Shown here piece after piece: positions 49,762 to 59,457 of a DNA stretch of 64,000 nt; position 1 is the stretch's first letter, and each line of letters starts with the position of its first letter. This DNA is from Nitrospirota bacterium. Lineage in GTDB: Bacteria > Nitrospirota > UBA9217. Both the position numbers and the translations under genes were made by a program. The notes below the pieces were generated by a model. That model worked only from the letters and a program-made list of their open reading frames with translations. It did not search any database and was not told the origin of the DNA. The DNA lies in contig CAVUCU010000001.1 of the NCBI GenBank assembly GCA_963740085.1, positions 288,001 through 352,000 of the forward strand, in the 5' to 3' direction.

Positions 49762-50673
49762 CTATCGTGTCTGTGTCGGCGTTTGCTTTGTTTGCGGCGC
49801 CGACGGACCGGACGGCGCGGCTTTTTGCGTCTTCGTAACCGCTCCGGGCTGCCTCGGTCCGTACAATTCCTGAGACGGGATCTGCTGCTGCTCGTCGGGG
49901 AGACGCTTTTTCCGGGGCAATTTATTCTCCGACTGTATTTTTCTGTTCACGACGCCTGATGCAGTGATGGTCAAGTCCCTGACAACCTCGCTGCCGGGTT
50001 CATTCACCGTCAGTTCATGGCCGTTCAGTATCAGCTTGAGCGAGTTGGCGCTGCCGTAGCTCAACAGGAACCGCTCGTCGGCGCTCCAAATGAGACTGTC
50101 TCCTTTTTTCAGTAAAGCTTTCTTTTGCGGACTGTTATCGGTCCGCACCAGGAGCCAGGTATCTTCCAGGGCTACTACCTCAAGGTAGAGCTTGTCCGTT
50201 TGCATGACAAGACCCTTGGCTGTAACTGTTTGTCCGGTGGAAATCGTCGTTGAAACCTGCTTCGTTTCCTGCTGGGGCCGCTCGGACAGCGTCATGAACA
50301 TGAAGAGGATGAGTGCGATAACGATACCCGCGCCCCAAAGGAACGGCTCTATCTTGGTCGAACGAGGCATTTTTTTTTCACTGCTCGCGGCCGCCGGCTC
50401 CTTTTCCACAACGGGGCCCGCTTCAGACTTCGGGGCACTCGATTCCGAATATTTTTTCATGACCTGCGATTCATCGAGACGGAGAAACTTCCCGTAATTC
50501 TTCAGAAAACCCTTGACGAAAACCTCTCCGGGCAGTATGGAAAAATCTTCTGCTTCGAGTGCCTTAAGGTAAGAAACGCTGATACGGGTCTGCTGCGCAG
50601 CTTCATGCAGATCGATGCCGCGTGCCTCCCGGGCGCTGCGCAAATATTGTCCTAACGTCCCCATCCGTGTCAC
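49762..50673 (-). CDS. RodZ-like HTH-TM-DUF4115 protein
   Basis: LGQYLRSARE, YLKALE, FVKGFLKNY, single TM, TWLLVRTD. Confidence 0.85.
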   Translation of the reverse strand: MTRMGTLGQYLRSAREARGIDLHEAAQQTRISVSYLKALEAEDFSILPGEVFVKGFLKNYGKFLRLDESQVMKKYSESSAPKSEAGPVVEKEPAAASSEKKMPRSTKIEPFLWGAGIVIALILFMFMTLSERPQQETKQVSTTISTGQTVTAKGLVMQTDKLYLEVVALEDTWLLVRTDNSPQKKALLKKGDSLIWSADERFLLSYGSANSLKLILNGHELTVNEPGSEVVRDLTITASGVVNRKIQSENKLPRKKRLPDEQQQIPSQELYGPRQPGAVTKTQKAAPSGPSAPQTKQTPTQTR

Positions 50674-51410
50674 CTCAGGATCTTGATATACTCGTTCGCC
50701 TTCCGAGACAGGTCGCTCTTCGGGGCCAGTTCAGCCGCTTTCTTAAACTCCGTAAGCGCCGACCTTTTGCTGCCTTCCTTGAGGTAGGCGAGGCCAAGGC
50801 TGTATCGCATATTCGCATTCTGAGGAGCAAGCCCGATACCCTCCTGGAACTCGCTGATCGCCTCTTTTGTTTTTCCGGCTTCTAACAACGCTGTACCGAG
50901 TTTGATAACGGTCCATTCGATATTGACAAACCGCTTGGACTCGCGGTATGCATCGGCGGCTTTTTCGTACTCTTTCTGCTCCATGTACAGATCGCCAAGA
51001 TTCAGGTACGGGATGTGGGGAGTCGTATAGAGTTTATTGGCAAGGGCCTTATTAAAAGCCTTGATCGCCTCTTTCCATTTTTTCTGCTTCGAATAAACAA
51101 CGCCAAGCGCGTTGTATGCCTCTGAATAAGCCGGGTCCTTGTCGATGGCCGTTTGATAGTATTTCGCTGCGTCATCGAGCTTTCCCTGGTAGTCGCTGAT
51201 AATACCCAAGCCGTAATAGGACTGTTTGAAGTTGCTGTCGTGTTGAATAGACCGGTTAAATTCAACGGACGCCATCTCGTAGTTTTTCTCCTGAAGGTAA
51301 GACAGGCCCTTCGAATAATACCCCTCCGCCATCTTTGACTTGTCGATCGTATTCCCGGTAGTAACGCATCCAATCAACGCCAGGAGAATTATCAATGCGA
51401 GTGTTCTCAT
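50670..51410 (-). CDS. TPR lipoprotein (PilF/PilW/Tgl-like)
   Basis: Lipobox LIGC, tandem TPRs, ALANKLYTTP motif, upstream of rodZ. Confidence 0.8.
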   Translation of the reverse strand: MRTLALIILLALIGCVTTGNTIDKSKMAEGYYSKGLSYLQEKNYEMASVEFNRSIQHDSNFKQSYYGLGIISDYQGKLDDAAKYYQTAIDKDPAYSEAYNALGVVYSKQKKWKEAIKAFNKALANKLYTTPHIPYLNLGDLYMEQKEYEKAADAYRESKRFVNIEWTVIKLGTALLEAGKTKEAISEFQEGIGLAPQNANMRYSLGLAYLKEGSKRSALTEFKKAAELAPKSDLSRKANEYIKILR

Positions 51411-51425
51411 TTCTTTACGCCCCTT

Positions 51426-52182
51426 TCAAAACGATGTAAGAAGACGGGCTAGCGCCTCCCGGTCCCGACTCACCACGCCGGTCGCGGAAAAAGTCCTTTT
51501 TGCCGTTTGCTTTGGCGGCATTTCGAGGCCGGTCGTCGTCTCTTTCCGCGCTATTTCCTGGCGGCGCTTTGTCGCTGCCGGCGGAGGGGCCGGGGACTGG
51601 ACGTCCTGCTTGACCGCCTCCATCACAGGAACCTCGCGTGTCCGTTCCTTTGCCTCCTCAGGGGCCTTAGGCAGAGGCTGTACGGAAGGCGCTGCCGGGG
51701 GCGGGGGTTCAGGCGTGCTTATCTCCCCGGTTTCCTGTACGGGCCGCTCCGGCGCTGCCGACGGCTGCGAAGCGGGGGGCCGCAGCGACCTCCGGTGGTG
51801 TTTTCGTGCTGAAGATACCCTGATTCTCGATCCATCTTTCCTTCTCCAGATCGGACATGCTCGCGAAATCTACCTCATCCATCATCGCACCCAGATACTC
51901 CGCAAAGTCGCGCGCCTCGTCCTCGATTTTCAACAGATGGTCTTCCAAAAAAGGGTTCTCGGAATGAGAATAGATAAGCTTCCGATCGGTAAGGAGTAAA
52001 TGAAGCCCGATATAAGCCGAGAGTCTGTCTCTCCCCTCGCGGAAAAAAAACACGTAGCTTCGCGCCTCCTCGAGACTCATCTCCGGAGTGGCAACCTGGT
52101 GGTTGTTCATGGAAAGGAGCACCTTGAACATGTTCTTTCCCTTCAGGTCTTTCTCAGTTATCTTCGGGTCGATCGTAAACAT
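51426..52182 (-). pseudogene. hypothetical protein interrupted by a 1-nt frameshift at a G6 run
   Basis: ORFs 51709-52182 and 51426-51626 join into one frame (ending REALARLLTSF) if G6 at 51774-51779 is G5. Confidence 0.7.
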
Positions 52183-52276
52183 GGCTTGAATGTGTTCTCC
52201 AAATTAAAATCCAAAATTACAGCACAAGAGAGAGAATATTGCGCAAATGCCGAATCAGCCTGGTTTTGATTTTCCA

Positions 52277-53185
52277 TTATATATCCTCGAAATGGGTGAG
52301 TTTCTTGAACTCCCGATACCTGACTTCGATCTCCTTGTAATCCAGGCTCCGGAGCCGGTCAAGACTGAAGGACTCCACGTTCAGCGAAGCCATGACGCTC
52401 CCGAAGATAACAGCCTTTCTCATGCTCTCTTCAGAGAAATTCATAGTGCTCGCCAGATATCCCATAAAACCGCCCGCAAACGAGTCTCCGGCGCCCGTGG
52501 GATCGAACACGGCTTCGAGCGGATATGCGGGAGCACTGAATACGCTGTGGCCGTTGAACATAAGAGCGCCATAGCTTCCCTGCTTTACCACGATCGTCTT
52601 CGGACCCAGGGCCTGCACGCTCTTCGCCGCCCTTACCAGGCTCGATTCTCCGGCAAGTTGTCTTATCTCGGATTCATTGATGGTCAGCAGGTCCACTTCC
52701 TTCAGCGTCCTTTTGAGCGCATCAGGCTTGCTCGATATCCAGTAGTTCATGGTATCGCAGGCCACAAGCTTCGGCTTCTCGACCTGTCGTAAAACGTCGA
52801 ACTGTATCTCCGGGTCTACGTTCGCCAGGAACACGACGTCAGAGTTTTTATAATCTTCCAGAATATCCGGTTTGAAGGTCGCCAGTACATTCAGGTCCGT
52901 GGCGAGGGTATGCGCCTCGTTCAGATCGTAACCGTACTCCCCTTTCCAGCGAAAAGTCTCGCCCTTCTGGACCTCAAGACCCCTCGTGTCGATATTTTTA
53001 CTCTTGAGAAATTGTATGTGTTCCCTGGGAAAATCCTCGCCGATCACCGCCACAAGCCGGACATCGGCAAAATAGCTCGCTGAGGTTGAGAAATAGGTGG
53101 CTGAGCCTCCGAGGGCGTTATCCACTTTTCCAAACGGGGTCTTGACCGAATCGAGCGCAACCGTTCCGACGACAAGCAAACTCAC
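52277..53185 (-). CDS. PfkB family carbohydrate/nucleoside kinase
   Basis: LGGSATYF, DTMNYWI, DPTGAGDSFAGG. Confidence 0.92.
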   Translation of the reverse strand: MSLLVVGTVALDSVKTPFGKVDNALGGSATYFSTSASYFADVRLVAVIGEDFPREHIQFLKSKNIDTRGLEVQKGETFRWKGEYGYDLNEAHTLATDLNVLATFKPDILEDYKNSDVVFLANVDPEIQFDVLRQVEKPKLVACDTMNYWISSKPDALKRTLKEVDLLTINESEIRQLAGESSLVRAAKSVQALGPKTIVVKQGSYGALMFNGHSVFSAPAYPLEAVFDPTGAGDSFAGGFMGYLASTMNFSEESMRKAVIFGSVMASLNVESFSLDRLRSLDYKEIEVRYREFKKLTHFEDI

Positions 53186-53218
53186 CTAAACAAGACCTCC
53201 GCAGGATATTTGAAACCT

Positions 53219-53286
53219 ACCACTGAGACGCAGAGACACAGAGTCTATCATTCCTACAGCGGAAAGAAACCTCCGTGTCTCTGTGG
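53219..53286. repeat. class A element (empty)
   Basis: ACCACTGAG-ACGCAGAG-ACACAGAG ... CTCCGTG-TCTCTGTGG. Confidence 0.8.
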
Positions 53287-53306
53287 CGAATAATAAGGTT
53301 CGGCCT

Positions 53307-54197
53307 TTATTTTTTCTTCATGTACTTCCCGATGATCGGCGCCAGGTCCCTCTTTGTTTTTGCCGGGATCATTTTTTCCGGCGTCATGATCGCGTTCCGG
53401 AGGGCCTGGCAGCAGTCACAGGACCGTGACCCGCCCAGGATGCGGACAGCCTCTCGGATCAGCGACTTAGAAGTCTCAATATTGCGCCTCATCACCTCAA
53501 GAACGGCCTCGACAGTCACCGTCTCTTCGCTGTGGTGCCAGCAATCGTAGTCCGTGGCAAGGGCGATGGTGCTGTAGCAGAGCTCGGCTTCGCGGGCCAG
53601 CTTGGCCTCGGTAGCGTTCGTCATGCCAATGACATCCACGTTCCAGGTGCGGTAGATAAGGGACTCGGCCCGCGTCGAGAATTGCGGCCCCTCCATGCAG
53701 AGGTAGGTCCCGCCCTTGTGAACCGTTGCCCCCATCCTCGAACCGGCTTCGATGAGTACTGAGCTGAGATGGGCACAAACGGGATCTGCCATGCCCACAT
53801 GGGCCACGACGCCGTTGCCAAAGAACGTGCTCCGTCTCTGTTTCGTATGGTCGTAGAATTGATCCGGGATCACGATGTCGCCGGGCTTGACCTCTTCTTT
53901 CATGCTGCCAACGGCGCTCACCGAGATAATGCGTTCCGCGCCGAGCTTTTTCATACCATAGATATTTGCCCGGTAGTTGATGTCCGTCGGCATGATGCGA
54001 TGCCCTCTGCCGTGTCTGGGCAGGAAGGCTATCCGCGTGCCGTGAAGGGTACCGATAATATACTCGTCCGAGGGCTTGCCGAAGGGCGTCACCATCCTGA
54101 CGGTTTTGATTTGTGTCAACCCCTCCATGTCATACAAGCCGCTGCCGCCGATCACGCCGATACTGATCTTTTCCGTTTTTGAAGACCGCCTTACCAT
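53307..54197 (-). CDS. mtnP: S-methyl-5'-thioadenosine phosphorylase
   Basis: IGVIGGSGLY, TPFGKPS, RHGRGH, MEGPQFSTRAES, TDYDCW. Confidence 0.93.
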   Translation of the reverse strand: MVRRSSKTEKISIGVIGGSGLYDMEGLTQIKTVRMVTPFGKPSDEYIIGTLHGTRIAFLPRHGRGHRIMPTDINYRANIYGMKKLGAERIISVSAVGSMKEEVKPGDIVIPDQFYDHTKQRRSTFFGNGVVAHVGMADPVCAHLSSVLIEAGSRMGATVHKGGTYLCMEGPQFSTRAESLIYRTWNVDVIGMTNATEAKLAREAELCYSTIALATDYDCWHHSEETVTVEAVLEVMRRNIETSKSLIREAVRILGGSRSCDCCQALRNAIMTPEKMIPAKTKRDLAPIIGKYMKKK

Positions 54198-54223
54198 GAA
54201 ATAAGATCCCTTAGAAATGCAGG

Positions 54224-54297
54224 GGACGCAGACTTTCGCAGATCAACGCAGCTGGTACAATGATTGTACGTCCGCATTTCGGCACATAGCTGCGTCC
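54224..54297. repeat. class A-like element, CGCAGA variant (degenerate)
   Basis: GGACGCAGA-CTTTCGCAGA-TCAACGCAG ... CTGCGTCC. Confidence 0.6.
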
Positions 54298-54316
54298 AAA
54301 CATTTGTTTTGTTGTT

Positions 54317-54583
54317 TCAGCCCTGCACCGCACCCTGCTCTGCTTCTTTTTTCATCTCCACGGCTTCCATAAATTCCACCGGCTTATCGGGGATGATGGT
54401 TGAGATGGCGTGTTTGTAAACAAGCTGTTGGTTCTCCTGTTTCAACAGGATGACGAAGTTATCAAAACCCTTGATCATCCCCGTGAGACGCGCGCCGTTG
54501 ACGAGATACATCGTTACGGGGATCTTCTCCTTGCGCATCTGATTTAAAAAAATGTCCTGGAGATTTACCTGCGACTTGCCCAT
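54317..54583 (-). CDS. hfq: RNA chaperone Hfq
   Basis: [28 protein letters not shown], downstream of miaA. Confidence 0.96.
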   Translation of the reverse strand: MGKSQVNLQDIFLNQMRKEKIPVTMYLVNGARLTGMIKGFDNFVILLKQENQQLVYKHAISTIIPDKPVEFMEAVEMKKEAEQGAVQG

Positions 54584-54656
54584 CCAGCCCTCCGAGAAGC
54601 CGTCATCAGCGTGCTGCATAGCTTTCCTGCGCCGTGACTTGATAATTTGGGTAATC

Positions 54657-55604
54657 TTATACTACCTTGTTTGAAATTTCAATGTTTTTCTTTATTCTCT
54701 CAAGGATTTCACCGGCATCCACGAGGCCCGTAACGTCTATCCAGACCGCCTCCGGCTCGCGGCGGAACCAGGTGAACTGACGCTTGGCAAACCGCCTTGT
54801 ATCGCGTTTGAGGATCGCCACTGCGTCCTCACGGGACGTCTTGCCCAGGAAGTAGTCGAGAAAGTGTTTGTATCCCAGACCCAGCATGGAGGAAAGTCCG
54901 TGATTATATCCGCGTTCCATCAGCGTTCTCACCTCCTCTTCTAGCCCTGCTGCGATCATCTGGTCCACGCGCTGTTCGATGCGTGCGTACAGTTCGCTCC
55001 TGCTCCTCACCATGAACAGAAGGCGGAACCGGTACGGTCTGTCCTGGAACGAGTGCTCCCGCTGAAAATCCGAGAGCTTTCTGTCGCGCAGATAATACAC
55101 CTCGAGCGCCCTTACCGTGCGCCGGAGATCGTTCGGATGGATCTTGACCGCTGCCTCGGGATCGACCTTCACTAGGTCGGCATAGAGGGCCCCGGCCTCT
55201 CCTTCGGCCTCACGCTGCAGCAATCGCTCGCGCAGGTCGAGGTCTGCGGGAGGCCCATGGAACAGACCCTTCATGAGCGCACGGACATACAAACCCGTAC
55301 CGCCGACCACGACGGGCGTACCGCCGGATGCAAGGATCCCGGCGATGGCAGCCCGTGCATCACGGAGGTAATCACCGACGCTGTAGGGTTGATCGGGAGC
55401 CACGATGTCGATCATATGATGGTACACGATCTTTCGCTGTTCCGGGGTGGGTTTGGCAGTACCGATGTCCATGCCGCGGTAGATCTGCATGGAATCGGCG
55501 CTCACGATCTCAGCACCGAGCTCCCGGGCGAGTTGGATGGACACATCGGTCTTGCCCACGGCAGTAGGCCCGGCAATGACAAGGATGGGTTTTTCGTTTG
55601 ACAT
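54657..55604 (-). CDS. miaA: tRNA dimethylallyltransferase
   Basis: [39 protein letters not shown]. Confidence 0.96.
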   Translation of the reverse strand: MSNEKPILVIAGPTAVGKTDVSIQLARELGAEIVSADSMQIYRGMDIGTAKPTPEQRKIVYHHMIDIVAPDQPYSVGDYLRDARAAIAGILASGGTPVVVGGTGLYVRALMKGLFHGPPADLDLRERLLQREAEGEAGALYADLVKVDPEAAVKIHPNDLRRTVRALEVYYLRDRKLSDFQREHSFQDRPYRFRLLFMVRSRSELYARIEQRVDQMIAAGLEEEVRTLMERGYNHGLSSMLGLGYKHFLDYFLGKTSREDAVAILKRDTRRFAKRQFTWFRREPEAVWIDVTGLVDAGEILERIKKNIEISNKVV

Positions 55605-55635
55605 AGATTAATCCTAAAAACAGCAGTTGCTCTTG

Positions 55636-55757
55636 GCTGCAAAGAACACAAAGAAACGCAAAAAAGAAAAAACTTAAACGCGTTCACCTTCTTGGCAATA
55701 CAGCTTTCCTTGCAAAAGGTCTTATTTATCTCTGTGATCTCTGCGTTCTTTGAGGTT
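55636..55757. repeat. class A element (empty)
   Basis: GCTGCAAAG-AACACAAAG-AAACGCAAAA ... CTCTGTG-ATCTCTGCG-TTCTTTGAGG. Confidence 0.7.
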
Positions 55758-55773
55758 AACTGATCTTTTAAGG

Positions 55774-56184
55774 CTAATGAGTTATGACTTCGATCGGGAA
55801 TTCGTTCTTTCTCCAACCCCTCATGCTTCCTTCAAGGGAATACACCTTTTCATAGCCGGATAGATACAAAGATATCCCGGCGATGCCGGCGCGCGGACCA
55901 TGTTCGCAATAGAGAACGATGGGGTCTGTTTTTGGATATCCCAGACCTTTCAGACCGGAACCGATCGAGTAAAACGGGATATGCACAGCGCCCGGCACAT
56001 GGTCGCGGTCGTATTCACCCTGCGAGCGGACATCCACGACCAGCGGCGGCTTCTCTGTCATCATTTGCCCGAGGAGATCATCACGAGTGATGTTCGTAGC
56101 GCAGCCGGCAGCGGGAGCACTGATGGCGAGCGCAAGGCAAACCAGTATAAGGGTGGAACATCGATGCTTTCGAAAATTCGACAT
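55774..56184 (-). CDS. rhodanese-like domain protein (exported)
   Basis: VDVRS, HVPGA, YCEHGPRA, LEGSMRGW. Confidence 0.88.
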   Translation of the reverse strand: MSNFRKHRCSTLILVCLALAISAPAAGCATNITRDDLLGQMMTEKPPLVVDVRSQGEYDRDHVPGAVHIPFYSIGSGLKGLGYPKTDPIVLYCEHGPRAGIAGISLYLSGYEKVYSLEGSMRGWRKNEFPIEVITH

Positions 56185-56230
56185 CTGACTTATCTCTCAA
56201 TAAATACCGGGAAACCGCTTTACCGGACAA

Positions 56231-58006
56231 CTACATCCTCTTGAACATCTTCATGATCTCGGTCATCGTAAATCGAACGATCGTCGGCCTCCCGTGCGGA
56301 CAGGTATGCGGCATGCGGCATTTGAACAGGTCCGCAAGGAGCATTTCCATCTCCTGCCGGTCGAGATGACGATGAACCTTGATCGCGGGATGGCAGGCCA
56401 TCACACTCAGCATTGCATCCCGTACCTCATCCATTCTCCCGCTCTTGCCATGGACATTCACTTCATCGAGGATATCGAGAAGCAACTGCTTGATGTCGGC
56501 TCCGACCAGCAGCGCCGGTACCGCCTTGATCACGAACGTGCCATTCCCGAAATCCTCCACCAGAAAACCGAGTTTGGAAAGTTCCGGCAGATATTCAGCA
56601 AGCACCGTGCTCTGTGCCGGCCCGAGCTCAACCTGGTCCGGCACCAGGAGCCCCTGGACAGCAACGTGTCCGGCTTTGAACTGGTCCTGCAGCCTTTCGA
56701 AAAGCACCCGCTCGTGCGCCGCATGCTGATCAATGAGCGCCATCCCCTCCCGTGACTGGGCAACGATGAACGAGTCGTGGATCTGTGCGAGAGGGTGGAG
56801 AAGTTCGGAGTTCAGAGTTGGGAGTTCGGAGTATGAAGCGAAGGAAACGGGAGCAGTGGAATATTCCAATTCCCGGTTCTGCGCTTGTTCGGCAGATTTT
56901 GGAACAGCATTCCTGGTGTCCCAACTCCGGACTCCGAACTCCGAACTTTTTACATTGCTCAGGTAATCCGACAAACTTTCTCTCACCCCATCAGCATGCG
57001 TCGTCGCAGAAGAAGTATTCACCCCCCGCAAAGCCTCCCGGAGCACGTCCCGGACCAGGTCATGCAATTGCGATTGATTTCGGAAGCGGACCTCGGCCTT
57101 GGCTGGATGGACATTTACATCCACGAGCGTTGGATCGATCTCGATAAAGATGAAAGCCACAGGGTGCCGGCCGCGCATAAGCATGTCACCGCAGGCACTG
57201 TAGAGCGCGTGCGTGAGCGACGGGTTCTTGACCGCGCGACGGTTCACGAAGAATTCCTGGTATGTTTTGTCCGCCCGGCTCGTTCCGGGACGGCCGATGA
57301 GGCCTTTGACATGAACGTCCGTGCCACCGGCGAACTCGATCAGGTTTCCGGCTATTTCTTCACCGTAAAGCTGGAGCGCCCGTTCCCGGACGCTCACGGA
57401 GGGAGAAAGTTCGAGCACCGTTTTTTTGTTATGCGTAAGTCTGAAACGGACGGAAGGCTGCGCCATTGCCTGGCGAGATACCGCGGTCAGGATATGTGAG
57501 AACTCGGTCGCCGGGCTCTTCAGGAACTTGCGTCTCGCCGGAGTATTGAAAAACAGATGGCTGATCTCCAGGGAGGTACCCTGCGGCGCAGCAGCTTCGG
57601 ACACGGTCTTGACGATACCGCCCTCGATCTCGATCAGCGCACCAGACGTCGCGTCCTTCATCGCGCTCTGCAGCCGTACGTGGGACACCGAGGCAATGCT
57701 GGAGAGGGCCTCTCCCCGAAAGCCCATGGTACGAATGGATTCCAGGTCGGTATCGCTGGTTATCTTGCTCGTGGCGTGGCGCAGGAATGCGGTCCGGGCG
57801 TCCTCGTTCGACATGCCGCTGCCGTTGTCCGTAATGCGGATGAGCCGCTTGCCGGCCTCTTCGATGTCGATGAATATTTGGGTCGCCCCTGCGTCGATCG
57901 AGTTCTCGATAAGTTCCTTTACCACGGACGCGGGCCGCTCCACCACCTCGCCCGCGGCGATCTTATTGATGACATGGTCAGGGAGAATTTTGATTAGGGA
58001 GGACAT
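56231..58006 (-). CDS. mutL: DNA mismatch repair protein MutL
   Basis: IAAGEVVERP, GFRGEALSSI, DVNVHPAK, DQHAAHER, CPHGRP. Confidence 0.97.
   Translation of the reverse strand: MSSLIKILPDHVINKIAAGEVVERPASVVKELIENSIDAGATQIFIDIEEAGKRLIRITDNGSGMSNEDARTAFLRHATSKITSDTDLESIRTMGFRGEALSSIASVSHVRLQSAMKDATSGALIEIEGGIVKTVSEAAAPQGTSLEISHLFFNTPARRKFLKSPATEFSHILTAVSRQAMAQPSVRFRLTHNKKTVLELSPSVSVRERALQLYGEEIAGNLIEFAGGTDVHVKGLIGRPGTSRADKTYQEFFVNRRAVKNPSLTHALYSACGDMLMRGRHPVAFIFIEIDPTLVDVNVHPAKAEVRFRNQSQLHDLVRDVLREALRGVNTSSATTHADGVRESLSDYLSNVKSSEFGVRSWDTRNAVPKSAEQAQNRELEYSTAPVSFASYSELPTLNSELLHPLAQIHDSFIVAQSREGMALIDQHAAHERVLFERLQDQFKAGHVAVQGLLVPDQVELGPAQSTVLAEYLPELSKLGFLVEDFGNGTFVIKAVPALLVGADIKQLLLDILDEVNVHGKSGRMDEVRDAMLSVMACHPAIKVHRHLDRQEMEMLLADLFKCRMPHTCPHGRPTIVRFTMTEIMKMFKRM
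56802..56947. repeat. class B heptamer inverted element inside the mutL linker
   Basis: AGTTCGG-AGTTCAG-AGTTGGG-AGTTCGG-AGT ... ACTCCGG-ACTCCGA-ACTCCGA-ACT. Confidence 0.85.
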
Positions 58007-58012
58007 ATAAAT

Positions 58013-58085
58013 TCAGGGTTCAGGAGACAGTCTTCCGGAGACAGGAGAAATCAGTTCACTTCTGACTTCTGGCTCCTGACGTCTA
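58013..58085. repeat. class B heptamer inverted element
   Basis: TCAGGGT-TCAGGAG-ACAGTCT-TCCGGAG-ACAGGAG ... CTTCTGA-CTTCTGG-CTCCTGA. Confidence 0.75.
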
Positions 58086-58089
58086 CTTA

Positions 58090-59424
58090 TCAATATTGCA
58101 GCTTCGCCTTTTCCTGGTCAGCGACAACGATGATCGCCATGGCATCGGGATGGAGGTATTTTACGGCAACCCGTTGGATGTCTTCTCTCGTAACCGCGTT
58201 TATCACGTTCGGATATTTGATCGGGTAATCGAGCCCGAGATTAAAGATCTCGATCGAGGTGAGCATCCCCGCTATTTTGGCAGAAGTATCCATCTTGAGG
58301 GGGAAGCTGCCCGTAAGATAAGCCTTTGCATCATTCAGCTCCTTCTCCGAAACCGGTTCCGCCTGGATCCTCCTGATCTCCTTAAGCGTCTCAGCGATCA
58401 CGGCATTCGCCGATTCGTTCTTGGTCTGGATGGTGACCATGAACGAACCCGGTTCCTTCTGGGCCGCAAAACCGCTGCGCACGTCATAGGCCAGCCCCTT
58501 GTTGTCCCGGATGTTGTCCATGAGGCGCGAAGAGAAACCGCCGCTGCCCAGGATGTAGTTCATGACCGACACCGCGTAATAGTCGGGGTTCTCCCTGCTG
58601 ATGCCGATGTGCCCCATGGCGATGTTCGCCTGGGTGACTCTTTTGTCGATCTTCTTCACGAAGGTCTTCTCTATGACCGGCGGCGGAACGGATGCCGGCA
58701 GGGGCAGGTCCTTCTTCTTCCATGATTTAAAATATTTATTCAACAACGGCACGATCTCTTTTTCGCTCACGTCGCCGACCACGGCGATGATGGCATTGTT
58801 CGGGCTGTAGCGTGATGAGTAGAAGCGCGTGATGTCCTGACGGGTGAGCTTCGGTAAATAGGCCGCCACGTCATCGCTGGTCCTGCCGTAGGCATTCCCG
58901 CCGAAAACCGCTTTATCGAATGCCTCGTCCGCCACGATCCCGGGCTCTTCCTTCTGGCGTTGGATCTCCGCGAGCGTTTCCTTTATCTTGCGGTCGATCT
59001 CCTGCTGGTCAAAGACCGGGTGCATGAGCACGTCCGAGAAAAGATCCAGTCCTTTGCGAATGTCCCTGGTGAGCACACGAAGACTTGCAGAAGCGAAGTC
59101 GTTCCCGCCCGAGGCCGAGAGCGAGCCGCCGATGAAGTCGATCTCGCGGCTTATCTGGGTTGCCGTCCGCTTCGTCGTCCCCTGCGTGAGGAGCGACGCG
59201 GTGATCGAGGCGAGCCCCGGCTCGTCGGCGGGCACGGACGTACTCCCCGCCCTGACCACCATGTTCATGGTAACAACCGGGATGTCGTGCTTTTCGGCAA
59301 GAAGAAGGACCATGCCGTTCTCAAGCGGGATGCGTTTGCCGAGCGGCTCGGCTGAATATCCGGTTCGCGCGAATTGAACGATAAATATGAATATCAAAAA
59401 TAAAATATAGTTTCGTTGCTTCAT
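58090..59424 (-). CDS. M16 peptidase, non-catalytic partner subunit (exported)
   Basis: LENGM, GTTKR, ILGSGGFSSRLMDNIRDNKGLAY. No HXXEH. Confidence 0.88.
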   Translation of the reverse strand: MKQRNYILFLIFIFIVQFARTGYSAEPLGKRIPLENGMVLLLAEKHDIPVVTMNMVVRAGSTSVPADEPGLASITASLLTQGTTKRTATQISREIDFIGGSLSASGGNDFASASLRVLTRDIRKGLDLFSDVLMHPVFDQQEIDRKIKETLAEIQRQKEEPGIVADEAFDKAVFGGNAYGRTSDDVAAYLPKLTRQDITRFYSSRYSPNNAIIAVVGDVSEKEIVPLLNKYFKSWKKKDLPLPASVPPPVIEKTFVKKIDKRVTQANIAMGHIGISRENPDYYAVSVMNYILGSGGFSSRLMDNIRDNKGLAYDVRSGFAAQKEPGSFMVTIQTKNESANAVIAETLKEIRRIQAEPVSEKELNDAKAYLTGSFPLKMDTSAKIAGMLTSIEIFNLGLDYPIKYPNVINAVTREDIQRVAVKYLHPDAMAIIVVADQEKAKLQY

Positions 59425-59457
59425 CGTATGGCCCTCTCCGTCAATTTCAAACGATCC

